A stretch of 64,000 nucleotides of DNA, taken from NCBI GenBank assembly GCA_024233595.1, contig JACKPK010000001.1:153260-217259 (forward strand). Reading direction: 5' to 3'. Below are positions 59,597-64,000 of this stretch, in pieces (the first letter of the stretch is position 1; every line of letters starts with the position of its first letter). The stretch is from Deltaproteobacteria bacterium. GTDB lineage: Bacteria; UBA10199; JADGCS01. The notes below the pieces were generated by a model. It was given only the letters and a program-made list of their open reading frames with translations, was not told the origin of the DNA and did no database searches. Made by a program: the position numbers and the translations under genes.

Positions 59597-61198
59597 ATGA
59601 AATTGGCAATCACAAGCCTAAACCCCATTGTAGGCGATGTTTACGGCAACATCGAAAAAATCCAGGCGTTTTGTAAACAAGCCATTCAAAACAAGGCCGA
59701 CTTGGTTCTTTTTCCGGAACTCAGCCTGATTGGCTACCCTCCGCGCGATTATCTTTTTTTTAAGACCCTGCTGCAACAGCAGCAAAAAGGTTTAAAAAAA
59801 TTACTGCCCTTATCGCAAAAAATCATGATTGTCTTGGGGGGCTATTCCCAAAACAAAAACCCCGGAAAGCACTTTCATAACGAGCTTTTTGTGCTTCACA
59901 AAGGAAAAATAAAAAAATACGCCAAGCACCTGCTTCCTCATTACGATGTCTTTGACGAACAACGCTATTTTGAGCCTGGCACTCAAGAATTGATCATCAC
60001 ACACAAAGGGCAAAAAATTGGTTTTTCGATCTGTGAAGACATTTGGTTAAACGAAAGCAAAACCAAAAGGTTTTACACAAATAGCCCTCTTAATCATTAC
60101 GCAAAAGCAAAGCTCGATTTTCTCATTAACATTTCGGCATCACCCTTTGAATCCGATAAAATCGACCGACGACAAAATTTATTAAAATCTGTGGCCAAAC
60201 AATGTGGCTGCCATTTGGTTTACGTGAATCAAGTCGGGGGCAACGACGATTTAATTTTTGACGGCGGCAGCACAGTCGTGAATGCCTCTGGCAAGGTGTT
60301 GTTCCAAAGCGAGCGCTTTGTTGAAGAGGTCTTTTACTGGGACAGTCAAGCAACACAAACAACTGCTATCAAAAATCCAAAAGCAAATAAAACAACCCAC
60401 ATCAAAAAAGCATTGGCACTGGGGCTGCGCGATTACGTCATCAAATCAGGATTTAAAAAAGTGTGTCTGGGTTTATCTGGCGGCATCGATTCCGCTGTGG
60501 TGGCAGCTTTGGCCGTAGAAGCCTTGGGAAAAGAAAACGTTTTGGGAATTTTAATGCCCTCGCGTTATTCTAGCAAAGGCAGCGTGACCGACAGCAAAGC
60601 GCTCGCCAAAAATTTGGGCATCAAAACCAAAACCATTGCCATTAAAGCTCCGCACAACACTTTAGAAAAATTGCTTAAAAAAGAGCTTGGCTCCTTAAGT
60701 GATCTCACCGAACAAAACATTCAAGCTCGGATCCGCGGCAATATTTTAATGGCGGTTTCTAATAACTCGGGTGCCTTGCTTTTAAACACCACCAACAAAT
60801 CTGAACTGACCATGGGCTATGGCACCTTATACGGTGATATGTGTGGCGCCCTAGCTGTCATTGGGGATCTCACCAAAAAACAGGTTTACGCTTTGGCAGA
60901 AGACATCAACGCAAAACAAAACATCATCCCACAAGCGATCATCACAAAAGCCCCTTCTGCTGAACTCAAACCCAATCAGAAAGACCAAGATTCTCTACCT
61001 GCCTATTCTAAATTGGATCGTTTTGTAGAAGAGTTCACCGAGGGAGCAGAACTTCCCAAATCAGCCAGTAAAAAGTTTGTGAAAGCCATGATGATCAACG
61101 AATACAAACGCTTTCAAGCCCCGCCTGTCTTGAAGGTATCGGGCAAGGCCTTTGGCCCAGGGCGCCGCTTCCCTTTGGTTGGAAAAATAAGTCTTTGA
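59597..61198 (+). CDS. nadE: Glutamine-dependent NAD+ synthetase
   Basis: Nitrilase domain (FPEL, YAKHLLP, ICEDIW) plus synthetase domain (GLSGGIDS, NIQARIRG, NKSE, GYGTLYGD, PSAEL, NEYKR). Confidence 0.95.
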   Translation: MKLAITSLNPIVGDVYGNIEKIQAFCKQAIQNKADLVLFPELSLIGYPPRDYLFFKTLLQQQQKGLKKLLPLSQKIMIVLGGYSQNKNPGKHFHNELFVLHKGKIKKYAKHLLPHYDVFDEQRYFEPGTQELIITHKGQKIGFSICEDIWLNESKTKRFYTNSPLNHYAKAKLDFLINISASPFESDKIDRRQNLLKSVAKQCGCHLVYVNQVGGNDDLIFDGGSTVVNASGKVLFQSERFVEEVFYWDSQATQTTAIKNPKANKTTHIKKALALGLRDYVIKSGFKKVCLGLSGGIDSAVVAALAVEALGKENVLGILMPSRYSSKGSVTDSKALAKNLGIKTKTIAIKAPHNTLEKLLKKELGSLSDLTEQNIQARIRGNILMAVSNNSGALLLNTTNKSELTMGYGTLYGDMCGALAVIGDLTKKQVYALAEDINAKQNIIPQAIITKAPSAELKPNQKDQDSLPAYSKLDRFVEEFTEGAELPKSASKKFVKAMMINEYKRFQAPPVLKVSGKAFGPGRRFPLVGKISL

Positions 61199-61230
61199 CG
61201 AGTCTTGTATAATAACGCTATGATATTTCT

Positions 61231-61866
61231 ATGCATTTTCTGAAGGTTGCAACGGCTACTGGAAAAATCTCGTGTTTTGCGCTGCTCTTGCTCTTGAGCC
61301 TCTTTGCTTCTCAATCCGCATGGAGCGCTCCAGAATTCGCCTATTCTTCTCACGAACAACCTTTAAGCAAAAGACAATTCACACAAAGCCGAGGCCGTAA
61401 TCACTTTGCCATCAACTTAGATGCCTTGGGCCACTATGGCTTCACTGACAAACACGATTTGTTATTTCAAATCCCAACCACGAACATCAGATTCTTAACC
61501 GGGGGTGCTCGTGCTGGTTTAGAAGGCATCAATAACCATGGCTTTGGTTTTCGTGTTTTGGGAGGCTATCGCAGAGTGCTTTGGGTTGACCAAGGAAAAT
61601 CACAGGTCGAAAAAAACATATACTCTGCCGATGTGTTTTTGGACTTTCATCCTATCAAAGAAGTCAAAACAATTGATCCTTATGTTTTTGCCGGACCAAC
61701 TATTTTGATTAGCAGCCACGCTCCGCAAGGACACCTTTCTTTTGGTGCGGGCATTAAGATTTTTCTAAGCGATGTGTTCGCTCTAAGAATTGAACCATCC
61801 GGGTTCACCGCATTTGAAGGCATCCAGGGACAAATCAGTTTGGGCCTAGCGGCTCATTTTGATTAG
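61231..61866 (+). CDS. Outer-membrane beta-barrel protein
   Basis: Signal peptide, alternating-hydrophobic strands, C-terminal GLAAHFD. Confidence 0.65.
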   Translation: MHFLKVATATGKISCFALLLLLSLFASQSAWSAPEFAYSSHEQPLSKRQFTQSRGRNHFAINLDALGHYGFTDKHDLLFQIPTTNIRFLTGGARAGLEGINNHGFGFRVLGGYRRVLWVDQGKSQVEKNIYSADVFLDFHPIKEVKTIDPYVFAGPTILISSHAPQGHLSFGAGIKIFLSDVFALRIEPSGFTAFEGIQGQISLGLAAHFD

Positions 61867-61870
61867 AAGT

Positions 61871-62182
61871 TCATTTAAGCACAACCTTCAAATCATATCC
61901 TGTTCGATTGACCTGATCCTGTAATGCAAGTGAAATAAACTGATTAACAGAGTAGCCTAGTTTTTTTGCAAACTTTGCAGCTCTTTCTGCTGCAACAAAA
62001 CGTCTGCCTTTTTCAATATCGCAAAGATGAGCCCTAGAGATTCCCAATGATTTAGCAAATTCACTTTGTTTAATTTCGTCAGCGGTCCTCACCGATTTTA
62101 AAAAATTTCCGAAAGTCATGGGACCACCACGCAATTTTTTTATAAATCTTTTGGCATCAGAAGATTTTTTTTCAATAGTCAT
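61871..62182 (-). CDS. XRE-family HTH regulator (HigA-like antitoxin), no toxin gene adjacent
   Basis: QSEFAKSLGISRAHLCDIEKGRRFV HTH_3 motif. Confidence 0.85.
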   Translation of the reverse strand: MTIEKKSSDAKRFIKKLRGGPMTFGNFLKSVRTADEIKQSEFAKSLGISRAHLCDIEKGRRFVAAERAAKFAKKLGYSVNQFISLALQDQVNRTGYDLKVVLK

Positions 62183-62191
62183 GTTTGGAAT

Positions 62192-62212
62192 TGTACCCTA
62201 TTTAAGGGTACA
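62192..62212. promoter_or_regulatory. Palindromic operator upstream of the XRE gene
   Basis: TGTACCCT-ATTTA-AGGGTACA, perfect 8-bp arms, 10 bp before the XRE start codon. Confidence 0.6.
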
Positions 62213-62248
62213 TAACAACTAAAAATTTTGCAAAAGAGTGCTCCTATT

Positions 62249-62791
62249 TTAAATCACACTCACTTTTCGCCAGACCTCATTCAAACCATCTTTCACGTAA
62301 ATTTTTTTGAGTGTCGACACGCTCTCTTTGACTGGCAATTGAAAATGAGAATAATCTTTAATGCTTTTAAAATCGCCGCCCCATTTGAGACCAAAGGACT
62401 TGCCGATTTTGCCGATCTCTTGCCAAGGGTGTTCAGCTGCCCAAGAAGCACTGCCATCAGGATCTCGAAACACAATGTCTATTGCCAGACCATAGTTATG
62501 AAAAGACATCCCTTCTTGTGCTTTGGTCACCGTGTTTTTTTGTCCGTAAAGATCGCTCTGCCTTTGCCACGAACGCCAGCCTTCAAAAATCATGATGTCA
62601 AAGCCTTGAGCCCGAGCTTCTTCTACAAACTTCACGACACGATCTTCAAAAACAGGGTGTAAATTCCCCTGAAATAAAATCTGATACGGATCAGGAGTCA
62701 GAAAATTATTTTGAGGAACTTGTTCCTGATTTTTCAGTAACTCTTGAGGTTTTTCTAGGCAGATATCCTGGCTAAACGTATTGACAGCCAT
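62249..62791 (-). CDS. M15-family peptidoglycan peptidase (L-Ala-D-Glu endopeptidase-like)
   Basis: EGWRS, SFHNYGLAID (SxHxxGxAxD), WGGDF, DYSHFQ; no signal peptide. Confidence 0.9.
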   Translation of the reverse strand: MAVNTFSQDICLEKPQELLKNQEQVPQNNFLTPDPYQILFQGNLHPVFEDRVVKFVEEARAQGFDIMIFEGWRSWQRQSDLYGQKNTVTKAQEGMSFHNYGLAIDIVFRDPDGSASWAAEHPWQEIGKIGKSFGLKWGGDFKSIKDYSHFQLPVKESVSTLKKIYVKDGLNEVWRKVSVI

Positions 62792-62818
62792 AGCGAGCAA
62801 TCCTTTGCGAGTGATTCA

Positions 62819-63718
62819 TTAGGCGTTCTGAACTTGTAAAAGAAGCTCTTCGGCATTCTGCCGTGCTTTCTGCGCCTCCGCTTCCACCGATGCAAAAAGT
62901 CTTTCGCGACTATTGAGCTGTTGCGCAGTGCTGTTCTTTTGCTTTGAGATCACATCAAGGTTTTGCCCGTCTTTTTTAATAGAGGAATCAAAGGACGCTT
63001 CCACCAACTTTTCGATCGCCATTTGAGCCGCTTGGCATGCCAGTTGACCAGTTATGCCTGTTGGGTCAATCATCATCGAAGCCCCCTGTAACACAGTCTT
63101 CACAACAGACATGGTCACAGTTTTGATAAGACCCATTTCTTTTTGTTTTTGTAACACCTTAACCATGGAACTTGTTTGATCGACCTGCTCTTGCCCGAGC
63201 TGTTCAATGCTAGAACGCCGCGCGGCGTCTGTATTTTGTTCAAAATCTTTTGCCAAAGAAGCCACATCAACCGCCGCCATGGCTTCCTCTAAAGAAAAAG
63301 CTTTCATCGCATCAGGATTCACAACGTTTCCTGCCTGCTCTTTGTTTTGACCATCAATGATGCGGCTCAATACTTTTAGTTTTTGCTTTGCTTGATCAAG
63401 AGTCTTTTGAAAGGCTTTTTGTAGATTCTTAACTTCTTCTTTTGCTATTTTAGCCACCGACTTAGCCACCTCTTGGAGGTACTTGATCCGTGATTGAATC
63501 ATTTTGGCACTGAACTGCTGTTTTAGCTTTAAAATTTGATCGGTGGTGTTTAGATCTTTTAGTCTTTTCCAATAATTGCTTTTGCTATCACTCAAACCCT
63601 GCGACCGCACTTTTTGGAGCGCATCTCGCTGAACAGCACGATCTTCGTTATGCGAGAGAACTTCATCACTTAAATATTGATGATACAAAACCTCGGATTG
63701 ATTGACTTCGAAATTCAT
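62819..63718 (-). CDS. Coiled-coil protein with an uncharged Gly/Ala-containing segment (translocator-like, tentative)
   Basis: Heptad-rich 299 aa; segment LIKTVTMSVVKTVLQGASMMIDPTGITGQLACQAAQMAI; GGGAG RBS. Confidence 0.7.
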   Translation of the reverse strand: MNFEVNQSEVLYHQYLSDEVLSHNEDRAVQRDALQKVRSQGLSDSKSNYWKRLKDLNTTDQILKLKQQFSAKMIQSRIKYLQEVAKSVAKIAKEEVKNLQKAFQKTLDQAKQKLKVLSRIIDGQNKEQAGNVVNPDAMKAFSLEEAMAAVDVASLAKDFEQNTDAARRSSIEQLGQEQVDQTSSMVKVLQKQKEMGLIKTVTMSVVKTVLQGASMMIDPTGITGQLACQAAQMAIEKLVEASFDSSIKKDGQNLDVISKQKNSTAQQLNSRERLFASVEAEAQKARQNAEELLLQVQNA

Positions 63719-63745
63719 TTTGTTCTCCCTCTGTTTACAAAGCGT

Positions 63746-64000
63746 TTAACTCATAAAATTTGTAACGGTTCTTTTGACTTCACGTTGCAATTCAATTGCG
63801 GTGGCAACAGATTCTAAAGCTTTTCTTTTTTTCCCAATCAGATCATCCATGGTGACTTTAAGCGCTTCCACTTCCTGCTCCACATCAGACATCAAGCTAT
63901 TCATGTGATCTAAGGTTGGTTGTAGAAAATCCGAATACAAAGCAAACTTAGGCCGACCATCTTCGGTTTTGTTATTAGTGTGACCATAATAGAATGCCAG
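63746..64000 (-). CDS. 3' end of a coiled-coil protein, start outside the window
   Basis: Frame open from 64000: LAFYYGHTNNKTEDGRPKFALYSDFLQPTLDHMNSLMSDVEQEV...RTVTNFMS-stop. Confidence 0.7.
   Translation of the reverse strand: MAFYYGHTNNKTEDGRPKFALYSDFLQPTLDHMNSLMSDVEQEVEALKVTMDDLIGKKRKALESVATAIELQREVKRTVTNFMS

Noticed and set aside
62249-62791. Prophage endolysin indicating a prophage
   Set aside because: No holin, structural or integrase genes in the window; the neighbours are coiled-coil proteins. The region beyond the edge is unseen.

Overview
A bacterial chromosomal window with no rRNA, tRNA or CRISPR array seen. The gene set and order (mtnP-pfkB-mgtE-recO, cbb3-like oxidase, Myxococcus-like T3SS, bacterial cereblon) suggest a deltaproteobacterial-type lineage; this is inference. 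Left to right: hppD (partial), an orphan PAS-PAS histidine kinase, mtnP-pfkB-mgtE-recO, tldD, an icd-mdh operon that continues into an intact but cofactor-stripped second sdhCAB, a divergently transcribed canonical sdhCAB, an IS30 element, and an orphan 428-aa gene bracketed by two ~240-bp REP-mosaic direct repeats. Next come a divergent cbb3-type oxidase operon, a 13-gene type III secretion cluster with mixed flagellar/injectisome traits and its own sigma-28, aat, and a probable giant M48-protease/ABC1-kinase gene whose 3' half is broken by indels. The right part holds DUF2797, a trmB-like gene, a long metallophosphoesterase followed by a cereblon-like gene, a MoxR/VWA pair, rluA, nadB, two LicC-like nucleotidyltransferases with a HAD and a flippase-like gene, nadE, an orphan XRE antitoxin with its operator, and a coiled-coil/M15 peptidase operon cut by the right edge. 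Several housekeeping genes (recO, mgtE, pfkB, icd, trmB) carry small indels that look like consensus errors, so frameshift-based claims need read-level checking. The strongest novelty candidate is the pseudo-complex II: its SdhB keeps exactly the four ligands of the central [4Fe-4S] cluster and has lost the ligands of the other two clusters, while its partners have lost the covalent-FAD His, key catalytic residues and most heme ligands. All family calls are from motif recognition by eye; no database search was run.
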